DNA of 64,000 nucleotides from Escherichia coli (GTDB lineage Bacteria; Pseudomonadota; Gammaproteobacteria; Enterobacterales; Enterobacteriaceae): NCBI RefSeq assembly GCF_050320075.1, contig NZ_CP190018.1; one strand, 5' to 3'. Shown piece by piece: positions 51,459 to 64,000 of this stretch (position 1 is its first letter; each line of letters starts with the position of its first letter). The notes under the pieces were generated by a model. It saw only the letters and a program-made list of their open reading frames with translations, ran no database searches and was not told where the DNA came from. The position numbers and the translations under genes were made by a program.

Positions 51459-52121
51459 ATGGATTATACGCTCACCCGCATAGATCCCAACGGTGAGAAC
51501 GACCGTTACCCCCTGCAAAAGCAGGAGATCGTAACCGACCCTCTGGAGCAAGAAGTTAACAAAAACGTGTTTATGGGCAAGCTCAATGACATGGTTAACT
51601 GGGGTCGTAAAAACTCAATTTGGCCGTATAACTTCGGTCTTTCCTGCTGTTACGTTGAGATGGTGACTTCGTTTACCGCGGTGCATGACGTGGCGCGTTT
51701 TGGCGCAGAAGTATTGCGTGCTTCGCCGCGTCAGGCTGACCTGATGGTGGTGGCAGGAACCTGCTTTACCAAAATGGCACCGGTTATTCAGCGTCTGTAT
51801 GACCAGATGCTGGAGCCAAAATGGGTTATCTCAATGGGTGCCTGTGCCAACTCTGGCGGTATGTACGATATTTATTCCGTTGTGCAGGGCGTTGATAAAT
51901 TCATCCCGGTTGATGTGTATATCCCGGGCTGCCCGCCGCGTCCTGAAGCGTACATGCAGGCACTGATGCTGTTGCAGGAATCTATCGGCAAAGAACGTCG
52001 TCCGCTCTCCTGGGTGGTTGGCGATCAGGGCGTTTATCGCGCCAATATGCAATCAGAGCGCGAACGCAAGCGCGGTGAACGCATTGCCGTAACCAACCTG
52101 CGTACACCTGACGAGATTTAA
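51459..52121 (+). CDS. nuoB: NADH-quinone oxidoreductase subunit B
   Basis: 220 aa; Fe-S ligand motifs (CCYVEM, GCPP). Confidence 0.95.
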
Positions 52122-52214
52122 TTTGCGCCTGTCGGCAAAGGGATTTTTCTTCGCTTATTCCTAAATCTATTTCGCGAAGCTTACTGCGCCGACAGTCACC
52201 ACGGACCATTTGCA

Positions 52215-54017
52215 ATGGTGAACAATATGACCGACTTAACCGCGCAAGAACCCGCCTGGCAGACCCGCGATCATCTTGATGATCCGGTGATTGGCGAACT
52301 GCGCAACCGTTTTGGGCCGGATGCCTTTACTGTTCAGGCGACTCGCACCGGGGTTCCCGTTGTGTGGATCAAGCGTGAACAATTACTGGAAGTTGGCGAT
52401 TTCTTAAAGAAACTGCCGAAACCTTACGTCATGCTGTTTGACTTACACGGCATGGACGAACGTCTGCGCACACACCGCGAAGGGTTACCTGCCGCGGATT
52501 TTTCCGTTTTCTACCATCTGATTTCTATCGATCGTAACCGCGACATCATGTTGAAGGTGGCGCTGGCAGAAAACGACCTGCACGTACCGACCTTCACCAA
52601 ACTGTTCCCGAACGCTAACTGGTATGAGCGTGAGACCTGGGATCTGTTTGGCATTACTTTCGACGGTCACCCGAACCTGCGCCGCATCATGATGCCGCAA
52701 ACCTGGAAAGGTCACCCGCTGCGTAAAGATTACCCGGCGCGCGCTACCGAATTCTCGCCGTTTGAGCTGACCAAAGCCAAACAGGATCTGGAGATGGAAG
52801 CCCTGACCTTCAAACCGGAAGAGTGGGGGATGAAGCGCGGAACCGAAAACGAGGACTTCATGTTCCTCAACCTCGGCCCGAACCACCCGTCGGCGCACGG
52901 GGCTTTCCGTATCGTTTTGCAGCTCGATGGCGAAGAGATTGTCGACTGCGTACCAGACATCGGCTACCACCACCGTGGTGCGGAGAAAATGGGCGAGCGC
53001 CAGTCCTGGCATAGCTACATTCCGTATACCGACCGTATCGAATACCTCGGCGGCTGCGTTAACGAAATGCCTTACGTGCTGGCTGTAGAGAAACTGGCCG
53101 GGATCACCGTGCCGGATCGCGTTAACGTCATTCGCGTAATGCTTTCTGAGCTGTTCCGCATCAACAGCCATCTGCTGTATATCTCGACCTTTATTCAGGA
53201 CGTCGGCGCAATGACGCCAGTGTTCTTCGCCTTTACCGATCGTCAGAAAATTTACGATCTGGTGGAAGCGATCACGGGTTTCCGTATGCACCCGGCGTGG
53301 TTCCGTATTGGCGGCGTAGCGCACGACCTGCCGCGTGGCTGGGATCGCCTGCTGCGTGAGTTCCTCGACTGGATGCCGAAACGTCTGGCGTCTTACGAGA
53401 AAGCGGCGCTGCAAAACACCATTCTGAAAGGTCGTTCCCAGGGCGTTGCCGCCTATGGCGCGAAAGAGGCGCTGGAGTGGGGCACCACCGGCGCGGGCCT
53501 GCGTGCTACCGGGATCGACTTCGACGTGCGTAAGGCGCGTCCGTATTCTGGCTATGAAAACTTCGACTTTGAAATCCCGGTGGGTGGTGGTGTTTCTGAC
53601 TGCTACACCCGCGTAATGCTTAAAGTGGAAGAGCTGCGTCAGAGTCTGCGCATTCTTGAGCAGTGCCTCAACAACATGCCGGAAGGCCCGTTCAAAGCGG
53701 ATCACCCGCTGACCACGCCGCCGCCGAAAGAGCGCACGCTGCAACATATCGAAACCCTGATCACCCACTTCCTGCAAGTGTCGTGGGGTCCGGTGATGCC
53801 AGCCAATGAATCTTTCCAGATGATTGAGGCGACCAAGGGGATCAACAGTTACTACCTGACCAGCGACGGTAGCACCATGAGTTATCGCACCCGTATCCGT
53901 ACGCCGAGTTATGCGCATTTGCAGCAAATTCCGGCGGCGATCCGCGGCAGCCTGGTGTCTGACCTGATTGTTTATCTGGGCAGTATCGATTTTGTTATGT
54001 CAGATGTGGACCGCTAA
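52215..54017 (+). CDS. nuoC: NADH-quinone oxidoreductase fused subunit C/D
   Basis: 600-codon ORF (alternative ATG at 52227 gives 596 aa); a single polypeptide spanning both NuoC-like and NuoD-like regions. Confidence 0.93.
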
Positions 54018-54019
54018 TT

Positions 54020-54520
54020 ATGCACGAGAATCAACAACCACAAACCGAGGCTTTTGAGCTGAGTGCGGCAGAGCGTGAAGCGATTGAGCACGAAATGCAC
54101 CACTACGAAGACCCGCGTGCGGCGTCCATTGAAGCGCTGAAAATCGTTCAGAAGCAGCGTGGCTGGGTGCCGGATGGCGCGATCCACGCGATCGCCGATG
54201 TGCTGGGTATTCCGGCGAGCGACGTCGAAGGTGTGGCAACGTTTTATAGCCAGATCTTCCGCCAGCCGGTTGGTCGCCATGTGATCCGTTATTGCGACAG
54301 CGTGGTCTGTCATATCAACGGTTATCAGGGTATTCAGGCGGCGCTCGAGAAAAAGCTGAACATCAAACCAGGGCAAACGACATTTGATGGCCGCTTTACG
54401 CTGCTGCCAACTTGCTGCCTGGGGAACTGTGATAAAGGGCCAAACATGATGATCGATGAGGACACTCACGCGCATCTGACCCCGGAAGCGATCCCTGAAC
54501 TGCTGGAGCGGTATAAATGA
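54020..54520 (+). CDS. nuoE: NADH-quinone oxidoreductase subunit E
   Basis: 166 aa; 2Fe-2S Cys motifs; starts 2 nt after the nuoC stop. Confidence 0.95.
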
Positions 54521-55854
54521 AAAACATTATCCGTACTCCCGAAACGCATCCGCTGACCTGGCGTCTGCGCGATGACAAACAGCCAGTGTGGCTGGATGAA
54601 TACCGCAGCAAAAACGGTTACGAAGGCGCGCGTAAGGCGCTGACCGGGCTGTCTCCGGACGAAATTGTTAATCAGGTAAAAGACGCTGGTCTGAAAGGGC
54701 GCGGCGGCGCGGGCTTTTCGACTGGCCTGAAATGGAGCCTGATGCCGAAAGACGAATCCATGAACATCCGTTACCTGCTATGTAACGCCGATGAAATGGA
54801 GCCGGGCACCTATAAAGACCGCCTGCTGATGGAGCAACTGCCGCACCTGCTGGTGGAAGGTATGCTTATCTCCGCGTTTGCGCTGAAAGCTTACCGTGGC
54901 TACATCTTCCTGCGTGGCGAATATATCGAAGCGGCAGTGAATCTGCGCCGTGCCATTGCCGAAGCCACCGAAGCAGGTCTGCTTGGCAAAAATATTATGG
55001 GAACAGGTTTTGACTTCGAACTGTTCGTCCATACCGGGGCAGGGCGCTACATCTGCGGGGAAGAAACCGCGTTAATCAACTCCCTGGAAGGGCGTCGTGC
55101 TAACCCACGCTCGAAACCCCCCTTCCCGGCAACCTCCGGCGTATGGGGCAAACCGACCTGTGTCAACAACGTCGAAACCCTGTGTAACGTTCCGGCGATC
55201 CTCGCTAACGGCGTGGAGTGGTATCAGAACATCTCGAAAAGTAAAGATGCTGGCACCAAGCTGATGGGCTTCTCCGGTCGGGTGAAAAATCCGGGCCTGT
55301 GGGAACTGCCATTCGGCACCACCGCACGCGAGATCCTCGAAGATTACGCCGGTGGTATGCGTGACGGTCTGAAATTCAAAGCCTGGCAGCCAGGCGGCGC
55401 TGGCACCGACTTCCTGACCGAAGCGCACCTTGATCTGCCGATGGAATTCGAAAGTATCGGTAAAGCGGGAAGCCGTCTGGGTACGGCGCTGGCGATGGCG
55501 GTTGACCATGAGATCAACATGGTGTCGCTGGTGCGTAACCTGGAAGAGTTTTTCGCCCGTGAGTCCTGTGGCTGGTGTACGCCGTGCCGCGACGGTCTGC
55601 CGTGGAGCGTGAAAATTCTGCGTGCGCTGGAGCGTGGCGAAGGTCAGCCGGGCGATATCGAAACACTTGAGCAACTGTGTCGATTCTTAGGCCCGGGTAA
55701 AACTTTCTGTGCCCACGCACCTGGTGCAGTGGAGCCGTTACAGAGCGCCATCAAATATTTCCGCGAAGAATTTGAGGCGGGAATCAAACAGCCGTTCAGC
55801 AATACCCATTTGATTAATGGGATTCAGCCGAACCTGCTGAAAGAGCGCTGGTAA
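54517..55854 (+). CDS. nuoF: NADH-quinone oxidoreductase subunit F
   Basis: 445 aa; NADH/FMN-binding glycine-rich region and 4Fe-4S Cys cluster (CGWCTPC); overlaps the nuoE stop. Confidence 0.95.
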   Translation: MKNIIRTPETHPLTWRLRDDKQPVWLDEYRSKNGYEGARKALTGLSPDEIVNQVKDAGLKGRGGAGFSTGLKWSLMPKDESMNIRYLLCNADEMEPGTYKDRLLMEQLPHLLVEGMLISAFALKAYRGYIFLRGEYIEAAVNLRRAIAEATEAGLLGKNIMGTGFDFELFVHTGAGRYICGEETALINSLEGRRANPRSKPPFPATSGVWGKPTCVNNVETLCNVPAILANGVEWYQNISKSKDAGTKLMGFSGRVKNPGLWELPFGTTAREILEDYAGGMRDGLKFKAWQPGGAGTDFLTEAHLDLPMEFESIGKAGSRLGTALAMAVDHEINMVSLVRNLEEFFARESCGWCTPCRDGLPWSVKILRALERGEGQPGDIETLEQLCRFLGPGKTFCAHAPGAVEPLQSAIKYFREEFEAGIKQPFSNTHLINGIQPNLLKERW

Positions 55855-55906
55855 CCGAATTTCGATTAACGCTCAGTCTCTGACTGAGAAAACTGGAAGC
55901 ATGCTA

Positions 55907-58633
55907 ATGGCTACAATTCATGTAGACGGCAAAGAATACGAGGTCAACGGAGCGGACAACTTGCTGGAAGCTTGTCTGTCTCTGGGCCTTGATATTCCTT
56001 ACTTTTGCTGGCATCCGGCGCTGGGAAGCGTCGGTGCTTGCCGCCAGTGTGCGGTGAAGCAATACCAAAACGCGGAAGACACGCGTGGTCGCCTGGTGAT
56101 GTCCTGTATGACACCGGCTTCCGATGGCACCTTTATTTCCATTGACGATGAAGAAGCGAAACAGTTCCGTGAAAGTGTGGTCGAGTGGTTAATGACCAAC
56201 CACCCGCACGACTGTCCGGTATGTGAAGAAGGCGGTAACTGCCATCTTCAGGATATGACCGTGATGACCGGACACAGCTTCCGTCGCTACCGTTTCACCA
56301 AACGTACCCACCGTAATCAGGATTTGGGGCCATTCATCTCTCACGAAATGAACCGCTGCATCGCCTGCTACCGCTGCGTGCGTTACTACAAAGATTACGC
56401 TGACGGCACGGACCTGGGCGTTTACGGTGCGCACGACAACGTCTACTTCGGTCGCCCGGAAGACGGCACGCTGGAAAGCGAATTTTCCGGTAACCTGGTC
56501 GAAATTTGCCCGACCGGCGTATTCACCGACAAAACGCACTCCGAGCGTTACAACCGTAAATGGGATATGCAGTTTGCGCCGAGCATCTGCCAGCAATGTT
56601 CCATCGGCTGTAACATCAGCCCCGGCGAGCGTTATGGCGAACTGCGTCGTATCGAAAACCGTTACAACGGTACGGTAAACCACTACTTCCTCTGCGACCG
56701 TGGTCGTTTCGGTTACGGTTACGTCAACCTGAAAGATCGTCCGCGTCAGCCAGTACAGCGTCGTGGCGATGATTTCATTACCCTCAATGCCGAACAGGCA
56801 ATGCAGGGCGCAGCAGATATTCTGCGCCAGTCGAAGAAAGTGATCGGCATCGGTTCTCCGCGTGCCAGCGTAGAAAGCAACTTTGCGCTGCGTGAACTGG
56901 TGGGCGAAGAAAACTTCTATACCGGTATCGCTCACGGTGAGCAGGAACGTCTGCAACTGGCGCTGAAAGTGCTACGTGAAGGCGGCATTTATACGCCGGC
57001 ACTGCGCGAAATCGAATCTTACGATGCGGTACTGGTGCTGGGCGAAGACGTTACCCAGACCGGCGCGCGCGTCGCGCTGGCAGTTCGTCAGGCGGTGAAA
57101 GGTAAAGCGCGCGAAATGGCGGCAGCACAGAAAGTGGCTGACTGGCAGATTGCGGCAATCCTCAACATCGGTCAACGTGCGAAGCATCCGCTGTTTGTTA
57201 CCAACGTTGATGACACCCGTCTGGATGATATCGCGGCGTGGACTTACCGCGCACCGGTTGAAGATCAGGCGCGTTTAGGTTTTGCCATCGCCCATGCGCT
57301 GGACAACTCCGCACCAGCGGTTGACGGTATTGAACCTGAGCTGCAAAGCAAAATCGACGTCATCGTGCAGGCACTGGCTGGTGCGAAGAAACCGTTGATT
57401 ATCTCCGGGACGAACGCCGGTAGCTTAGAGGTGATTCAGGCGGCGGCTAACGTCGCGAAAGCCCTGAAAGGTCGCGGCGCTGACGTTGGTATCACCATGA
57501 TTGCTCGCTCTGTAAACAGCATGGGGCTGGGCATTATGGGGGGCGGTTCGCTTGAAGAAGCGTTGACCGAACTGGAAACCGGACGCGCCGACGCGGTGGT
57601 GGTGCTGGAAAACGATCTGCATCGTCACGCTTCCGCTACCCGCGTGAATGCTGCGCTGGCTAAAGCGCCGCTGGTGATGGTGGTTGACCATCAACGCACA
57701 GCGATTATGGAAAACGCCCATCTGGTACTTTCTGCTGCCAGCTTTGCTGAAAGCGACGGTACGGTAATTAATAATGAAGGTCGCGCCCAACGTTTCTTCC
57801 AGGTTTACGATCCGGCTTATTACGACAGCAAAACTGTCATGCTGGAAAGCTGGCGCTGGTTACACTCGCTGCATAGCACCTTGCTGAGCCGTGAAGTGGA
57901 CTGGACGCAGCTCGACCATGTGATTGACGCTGTTGTGGCGAAAATCCCGGAACTGGCGGGTATCAAAGATGCTGCGCCGGATGCGACATTCCGTATTCGT
58001 GGGCAGAAACTGGCCCGTGAACCGCACCGTTACAGCGGTCGTACCGCCATGCGCGCCAATATCAGCGTTCATGAGCCGCGTCAGCCGCAGGATATTGACA
58101 CCATGTTCACCTTCTCGATGGAAGGTAACAACCAGCCGACCGCGCACCGTTCGCAAGTGCCGTTTGCCTGGGCGCCAGGCTGGAACTCCCCGCAGGCGTG
58201 GAACAAATTCCAGGACGAAGTTGGCGGCAAACTGCGCTTTGGCGATCCGGGCGTGCGTCTGTTTGAAACCAGCGAAAACGGTCTGGATTACTTCACCAGC
58301 GTACCGGCACGCTTCCAGCCGCAGGACGGGAAATGGCGTATCGCGCCGTATTACCACCTGTTTGGCAGCGATGAATTGTCACAGCGTGCTCCGGTCTTCC
58401 AGAGCCGTATGCCGCAGCCGTACATCAAACTCAACCCAGCGGATGCCGCGAAGTTGGGTGTGAACGCGGGTACACGCGTCTCCTTTAGTTACGATGGCAA
58501 CACGGTCACGCTGCCGGTTGAAATCGCCGAAGGGCTGACGGCAGGGCAGGTGGGCTTGCCGATGGGTATGTCCGGCATTGCTCCGGTGCTGGCGGGCGCG
58601 CATCTTGAGGATCTCAAGGAGGCACAACAATGA
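55907..58633 (+). CDS. nuoG: NADH-quinone oxidoreductase subunit G
   Basis: 908 aa from the ATG at 55907 ([13 protein letters not shown]); N-terminal Fe-S Cys clusters. Confidence 0.95.
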
Positions 58634-59607
58634 GTTGGATATCACCGGAACTGATTGAGATCCTGCTGACCATCCTCAAAGCGGTGGTGATCCTGCTGGT
58701 GGTTGTCACCTGTGGGGCATTCATGAGCTTTGGCGAACGTCGCCTGCTGGGTCTGTTCCAGAACCGTTACGGACCTAACCGTGTTGGCTGGGGCGGTTCG
58801 CTCCAGCTGGTCGCGGACATGATCAAGATGTTCTTTAAAGAAGACTGGATCCCGAAATTCTCGGATCGCGTCATCTTTACCCTGGCACCGATGATTGCCT
58901 TTACCTCGCTGCTGCTGGCCTTTGCGATTGTGCCAGTCAGCCCAGGTTGGGTGGTTGCCGACCTGAACATCGGGATTTTGTTCTTCCTGATGATGGCCGG
59001 TCTGGCGGTCTACGCGGTGCTGTTTGCGGGCTGGTCAAGTAACAACAAATACTCGCTGCTGGGTGCGATGCGTGCTTCTGCGCAGACTCTGAGCTACGAA
59101 GTGTTCCTCGGGCTTTCCCTGATGGGCGTGGTGGCGCAGGCCGGTTCATTCAACATGACCGACATCGTCAACAGCCAGGCGCATGTGTGGAACGTCATCC
59201 CGCAATTCTTTGGTTTTATTACCTTTGCCATCGCGGGCGTGGCGGTGTGTCACCGTCACCCGTTTGACCAGCCGGAAGCCGAGCAGGAACTGGCGGATGG
59301 TTACCACATTGAATATTCCGGCATGAAGTTCGGTCTGTTCTTCGTGGGCGAATACATCGGGATTGTGACCATCTCTGCACTGATGGTGACGCTGTTCTTC
59401 GGTGGCTGGCAAGGCCCGTTGTTACCGCCATTCATCTGGTTCGCGCTGAAAACCGCGTTCTTTATGATGATGTTCATTTTGATTCGTGCGTCGTTACCGC
59501 GTCCGCGTTATGACCAGGTAATGTCCTTCGGCTGGAAAATCTGCCTGCCGCTGACGCTGATCAACTTGCTGGTAACGGCGGCTGTCATTCTCTGGCAGGC
59601 GCAATAA
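58630..59607 (+). CDS. nuoH: NADH-quinone oxidoreductase subunit H
   Basis: 325 aa multi-pass membrane protein; overlaps the nuoG stop. Confidence 0.95.
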
Positions 59608-59621
59608 GGGGCAATAAGACC

Positions 59622-60164
59622 ATGACCTTAAAAGAATTGTTAGTAGGATTCGGCACCCAGGTTCGTAGTATCTGGATGATCGGCCTGCACGCGTTCGCCA
59701 AACGCGAAACGCGAATGTACCCGGAAGAACCGGTCTATCTGCCGCCCCGTTATCGTGGTCGTATCGTTCTGACCCGCGACCCGGACGGCGAAGAGCGTTG
59801 CGTAGCCTGTAACCTCTGCGCGGTAGCCTGCCCGGTCGGCTGTATCTCGCTGCAAAAAGCAGAAACCAAAGACGGTCGCTGGTATCCGGAATTTTTCCGC
59901 ATCAACTTCTCACGCTGCATTTTCTGTGGTCTGTGCGAAGAAGCCTGTCCGACCACGGCGATTCAGTTAACCCCGGATTTCGAAATGGGGGAATACAAGC
60001 GCCAGGATCTGGTTTACGAGAAAGAGGATCTGCTGATCTCCGGTCCGGGCAAATACCCGGAATATAACTTCTACCGGATGGCAGGTATGGCAATCGACGG
60101 CAAAGATAAGGGCGAAGCAGAGAACGAAGCCAAGCCTATCGACGTCAAGAGCCTGTTACCGTAA
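59622..60164 (+). CDS. nuoI: NADH-quinone oxidoreductase subunit I
   Basis: 180 aa; two 4Fe-4S ferredoxin motifs ([24 protein letters not shown]). Confidence 0.95.
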
Positions 60165-60175
60165 GGAGAGGGGCA

Positions 60176-60730
60176 ATGGAGTTCGCTTTTTATATCTGTG
60201 GCCTGATAGCCATACTTGCGACCTTGCGAGTGATCACCCATACCAATCCGGTACACGCACTGCTGTACCTGATTATTTCGCTGCTGGCGATCTCTGGGGT
60301 GTTCTTCTCACTGGGCGCTTACTTCGCCGGTGCGCTGGAAATTATCGTCTACGCGGGTGCCATTATGGTGCTGTTCGTGTTCGTGGTGATGATGCTCAAC
60401 CTGGGCGGTTCAGAAATTGAACAGGAACGCCAGTGGCTGAAACCGCAGGTGTGGATTGGTCCGGCAATTTTGTCGGCCATCATGCTGGTGGTGATTGTTT
60501 ACGCCATCCTCGGTGTTAACGATCAGGGTATCGACGGTACGCCAATCAGTGCTAAAGCAGTGGGTATTACGCTGTTCGGGCCTTACGTACTGGCGGTGGA
60601 ACTGGCTTCTATGCTGCTGCTCGCGGGTCTGGTTGTGGCCTTCCACGTCGGTCGTGAAGAGCGTGCGGGTGAAGTGCTGAGCAATCGTAAAGACGACAGC
60701 GCGAAAAGAAAAACGGAGGAGCACGCATGA
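60176..60730 (+). CDS. nuoJ: NADH-quinone oxidoreductase subunit J
   Basis: 184-aa membrane protein. Confidence 0.93.
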
Positions 60731-61029
60731 TCCCCTTACAACATGGACTGATCCTCGCGGCAATCTTATTCATTCTTGGCTTAACTGGTCTGGTTATCCG
60801 TCGCAATCTGCTGTTTATGCTGATTGGTCTGGAAATCATGATTAACGCCTCCGCGCTGGCCTTTGTGGTCGCCGGAAGCTACTGGGGCCAGACCGACGGT
60901 CAGGTGATGTACATTCTCGCCATCAGCCTCGCGGCGGCAGAAGCGAGTATCGGCCTAGCGCTGCTGCTGCAACTTCACCGTCGTCGCCAGAACCTGAACA
61001 TTGATTCAGTAAGTGAGATGCGCGGATGA
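60727..61029 (+). CDS. nuoK: NADH-quinone oxidoreductase subunit K
   Basis: 100-aa membrane protein; overlaps the nuoJ stop. Confidence 0.93.
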   Translation: MIPLQHGLILAAILFILGLTGLVIRRNLLFMLIGLEIMINASALAFVVAGSYWGQTDGQVMYILAISLAAAEASIGLALLLQLHRRRQNLNIDSVSEMRG

Positions 61030-62867
61030 ACATGCTTGCCTTAACCATTATTTTGCCATTGATTGGCTTCGTCCTGCTGGCGTTCTCCCGTGGGCGCTGG
61101 TCTGAAAACGTCTCGGCGATCGTCGGCGTTGGCTCTGTGGGCCTGGCGGCGCTGGTAACTGCCTTTATCGGCGTTGACTTCTTCGCTAACGGTGAGCAGG
61201 CATACAGCCAGCCGCTGTGGACGTGGATGTCGGTAGGCGACTTTAACATCGGTTTTAACCTGGTGCTGGACGGCCTGTCGCTGACCATGCTCTCGGTGGT
61301 CACTGGTGTGGGTTTCCTTATTCACATGTACGCCTCCTGGTATATGCGCGGTGAAGAGGGCTACTCTCGCTTCTTCGCTTACACCAACCTGTTCATCGCC
61401 AGCATGGTAGTTCTGGTGCTTGCCGACAACCTGCTGCTGATGTACCTCGGCTGGGAAGGCGTGGGCCTGTGCTCCTATCTGCTGATCGGTTTCTATTACA
61501 CCGATCCGAAGAATGGCGCAGCGGCAATGAAGGCATTCGTCGTGACCCGTGTGGGTGACGTCTTCCTCGCTTTCGCGCTGTTCATTCTTTACAACGAACT
61601 GGGCACCCTGAACTTCCGCGAAATGGTGGAACTGGCACCAGCGCACTTTGCTGACGGCAATAACATGCTGATGTGGGCGACGCTGATGCTGCTGGGCGGT
61701 GCGGTCGGTAAATCTGCGCAGTTGCCGTTGCAGACATGGCTTGCCGACGCGATGGCGGGCCCGACGCCTGTCTCCGCGCTGATCCACGCCGCAACCATGG
61801 TAACCGCGGGTGTCTACCTGATCGCCCGTAGCCACGGCCTGTTCCTGATGACGCCGGAAGTTCTGCATCTGGTGGGCATTGTTGGGGCGGTTACGCTGCT
61901 GCTGGCCGGTTTTGCGGCGCTGGTACAGACCGATATCAAACGTGTTCTCGCTTACTCTACCATGAGCCAGATTGGCTACATGTTCCTCGCGCTTGGCGTG
62001 CAGGCATGGGATGCGGCGATTTTCCACTTGATGACTCACGCGTTCTTTAAAGCGCTGCTGTTCCTGGCATCCGGTTCCGTCATTCTGGCCTGCCATCACG
62101 AACAGAACATCTTCAAGATGGGCGGTCTGCGTAAATCTATTCCGCTGGTTTATCTCTGCTTCCTGGTGGGCGGCGCAGCACTGTCGGCACTGCCGCTGGT
62201 CACTGCGGGCTTCTTCAGTAAGGATGAGATCCTCGCGGGTGCGATGGCGAATGGTCATATCAATCTGATGGTGGCTGGTCTGGTCGGTGCGTTTATGACC
62301 TCGCTCTACACCTTCCGTATGATTTTCATCGTCTTCCACGGAAAAGAACAAATTCACGCTCACGCCGTGAAAGGGATAACTCACAGCCTGCCGCTGATTG
62401 TGCTGCTGATCCTTTCCACCTTCGTTGGCGCACTGATTGTACCGCCGCTGCAGGGCGTGCTCCCGCAAACGACGGAGCTGGCGCACGGCAGCATGTTGAC
62501 CCTGGAAATTACCTCTGGCGTGGTCGCGGTGGTCGGCATTCTGCTGGCAGCCTGGCTGTGGCTGGGTAAACGTACTCTGGTGACTTCCATCGCCAACAGT
62601 GCGCCGGGCCGTCTGCTGGGCACCTGGTGGTACAACGCCTGGGGCTTTGACTGGCTGTACGACAAAGTGTTCGTCAAGCCGTTCCTGGGTATTGCCTGGT
62701 TGCTGAAACGCGATCCGCTGAACTCAATGATGAACATCCCGGCTGTCCTTTCCCGCTTTGCAGGTAAAGGTCTGCTGTTAAGCGAGAACGGTTATCTGCG
62801 CTGGTATGTGGCATCCATGAGCATCGGTGCGGTCGTGGTGCTGGCACTGTTGATGGTACTGCGTTGA
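61026..62867 (+). CDS. nuoL: NADH-quinone oxidoreductase subunit L
   Basis: 613-aa antiporter-like membrane subunit; overlaps the nuoK stop. Confidence 0.95.
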   Translation: MNMLALTIILPLIGFVLLAFSRGRWSENVSAIVGVGSVGLAALVTAFIGVDFFANGEQAYSQPLWTWMSVGDFNIGFNLVLDGLSLTMLSVVTGVGFLIHMYASWYMRGEEGYSRFFAYTNLFIASMVVLVLADNLLLMYLGWEGVGLCSYLLIGFYYTDPKNGAAAMKAFVVTRVGDVFLAFALFILYNELGTLNFREMVELAPAHFADGNNMLMWATLMLLGGAVGKSAQLPLQTWLADAMAGPTPVSALIHAATMVTAGVYLIARSHGLFLMTPEVLHLVGIVGAVTLLLAGFAALVQTDIKRVLAYSTMSQIGYMFLALGVQAWDAAIFHLMTHAFFKALLFLASGSVILACHHEQNIFKMGGLRKSIPLVYLCFLVGGAALSALPLVTAGFFSKDEILAGAMANGHINLMVAGLVGAFMTSLYTFRMIFIVFHGKEQIHAHAVKGITHSLPLIVLLILSTFVGALIVPPLQGVLPQTTELAHGSMLTLEITSGVVAVVGILLAAWLWLGKRTLVTSIANSAPGRLLGTWWYNAWGFDWLYDKVFVKPFLGIAWLLKRDPLNSMMNIPAVLSRFAGKGLLLSENGYLRWYVASMSIGAVVVLALLMVLR

Positions 62868-62906
62868 GTTAAGGATTGTGGGCTTGCCCCTGGGCATATA
62901 AGAACG

Positions 62907-62944
62907 TAGGTCGGATAAGCCGCCTTCGCGGCGCATCCGACACT
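62907..62944. repeat. REP palindrome between nuoL and nuoM
   Basis: gtaggtcggataagccgccttcgcggcgcatccgacac, canonical REP. Confidence 0.8.
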
Positions 62945-63032
62945 ACAACCACAATCCGAAGAGAATTTTCTGTCGTGAGAATTCGTTGAAAATCCGGTCC
63001 TGACGGGACTTTTACAAGGAATAAAGATCGCC

Positions 63033-64000
63033 ATGTTACTACCCTGGCTAATATTAATTCCCTTTATCGGCGGCTTCCTGTGCTGGCAGACCGAACGCTT
63101 TGGCGTCAAGGTGCCGCGCTGGATCGCGCTGATCACCATGGGATTGACGCTGGCGCTGTCGCTGCAACTGTGGTTGCAGGGCGGTTATTCACTGACGCAA
63201 TCCGCCGGAATTCCGCAGTGGCAGTCTGAATTCGACATGCCGTGGATCCCGCGTTTTGGTATCTCTATCCATCTCGCCATTGACGGGCTATCGCTGCTGA
63301 TGGTCGTGCTGACTGGTCTGCTCGGTGTGCTGGCGGTACTCTGTTCGTGGAAAGAGATCGAAAAATATCAGGGCTTCTTCCACCTCAACCTGATGTGGAT
63401 CCTGGGCGGCGTTATCGGCGTGTTCCTTGCCATCGACATGTTCCTGTTCTTCTTCTTCTGGGAAATGATGCTGGTGCCGATGTACTTCCTGATCGCACTG
63501 TGGGGGCATAAAGCCTCTGACGGTAAAACGCGTATCACGGCGGCAACCAAGTTCTTCATTTACACCCAGGCGAGTGGTCTGGTGATGTTGATCGCCATCC
63601 TGGCGCTGGTTTTTGTTCACTACAATGCGACCGGCGTCTGGACCTTCAACTATGAAGAGCTGTTGAATACGCCAATGTCCAGTGGTGTGGAATATCTGTT
63701 GATGCTGGGCTTCTTCATCGCATTTGCGGTGAAAATGCCGGTGGTTCCGCTGCATGGCTGGCTGCCGGATGCGCACTCACAGGCTCCAACCGCCGGTTCC
63801 GTGGACCTCGCGGGGATCTTGCTGAAAACCGCCGCTTACGGTCTGCTGCGTTTCTCCCTACCGCTGTTCCCGAACGCGTCGGCAGAGTTCGCGCCAATCG
63901 CCATGTGGCTGGGTGTTATCGGCATCTTCTACGGTGCGTGGATGGCCTTCGCCCAGACCGATATCAAACGTCTGATCGCCTACACCTCGGTTTCCCACAT
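63033..64000 (+). CDS. nuoM: NADH-quinone oxidoreductase subunit M (5' part; continues beyond the window)
   Basis: ATG at 63033 opens a reading frame beginning MLLPWLILIPFIGGFLCWQTERFG that runs to the window edge; antiporter-like membrane subunit. Confidence 0.9.
   Translation, partial: MLLPWLILIPFIGGFLCWQTERFGVKVPRWIALITMGLTLALSLQLWLQGGYSLTQSAGIPQWQSEFDMPWIPRFGISIHLAIDGLSLLMVVLTGLLGVLAVLCSWKEIEKYQGFFHLNLMWILGGVIGVFLAIDMFLFFFFWEMMLVPMYFLIALWGHKASDGKTRITAATKFFIYTQASGLVMLIAILALVFVHYNATGVWTFNYEELLNTPMSSGVEYLLMLGFFIAFAVKMPVVPLHGWLPDAHSQAPTAGSVDLAGILLKTAAYGLLRFSLPLFPNASAEFAPIAMWLGVIGIFYGAWMAFAQTDIKRLIAYTSVSH

Noticed and set aside
52485..53927. 480-aa ORF on the - strand
   Set aside because: Antisense to nuoC; shadow ORF.
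61041..62486. 481-aa ORF on the - strand
   Set aside because: Antisense to nuoL; highly charged His/Arg/Gln-rich shadow frame of a membrane protein gene.

Overview
This window reads as a contiguous stretch of Escherichia coli core chromosome, and I find no convincing evidence of a novel or undescribed system in it. All gene names below come from my recognition of the translated ORFs and their conserved order; no database search was run. The order is: the yfcV-U-S-R-Q-P-O chaperone-usher fimbrial operon, smrB, prmB, aroC-mepA-yfcA-epmC-yfcL, mnmC, fabB, yfcJ, flk, pdxB-usg-truA-dedA, accD, folC-dedD, cvpA-purF-ubiX, argT-hisJQMP, rpnB, yfcH, folX, yfcG, yfcF, yfcE, yfcD, yfcC, pta-ackA, yfbV, yfbU, hxpA(yfbT), yfbS, yfbR, alaA, lrhA, then nuoA through the start of nuoM. 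The window is reverse-complemented relative to standard K-12 numbering. There are no rRNA or tRNA genes, no CRISPR array, and no integrase, transposase or phage genes. Non-coding content consists of REP/BIME palindromes, several hairpin-plus-T-run terminators, and recognisable operator/promoter motifs (FadR and FabR at fabB, PurR at cvpA-purF, a sigma-54 promoter at argT). The points most worth a second look are modest: an uninterrupted usher gene in the yfc operon, the atypical terminal gene yfcO, the Rpn-family nuclease gene rpnB, and the 919-bp AT-rich divergent region between alaA and lrhA. CDS coordinates include the stop codon, and starts were moved off the ORF-track start only where the protein N-terminus was recognised.
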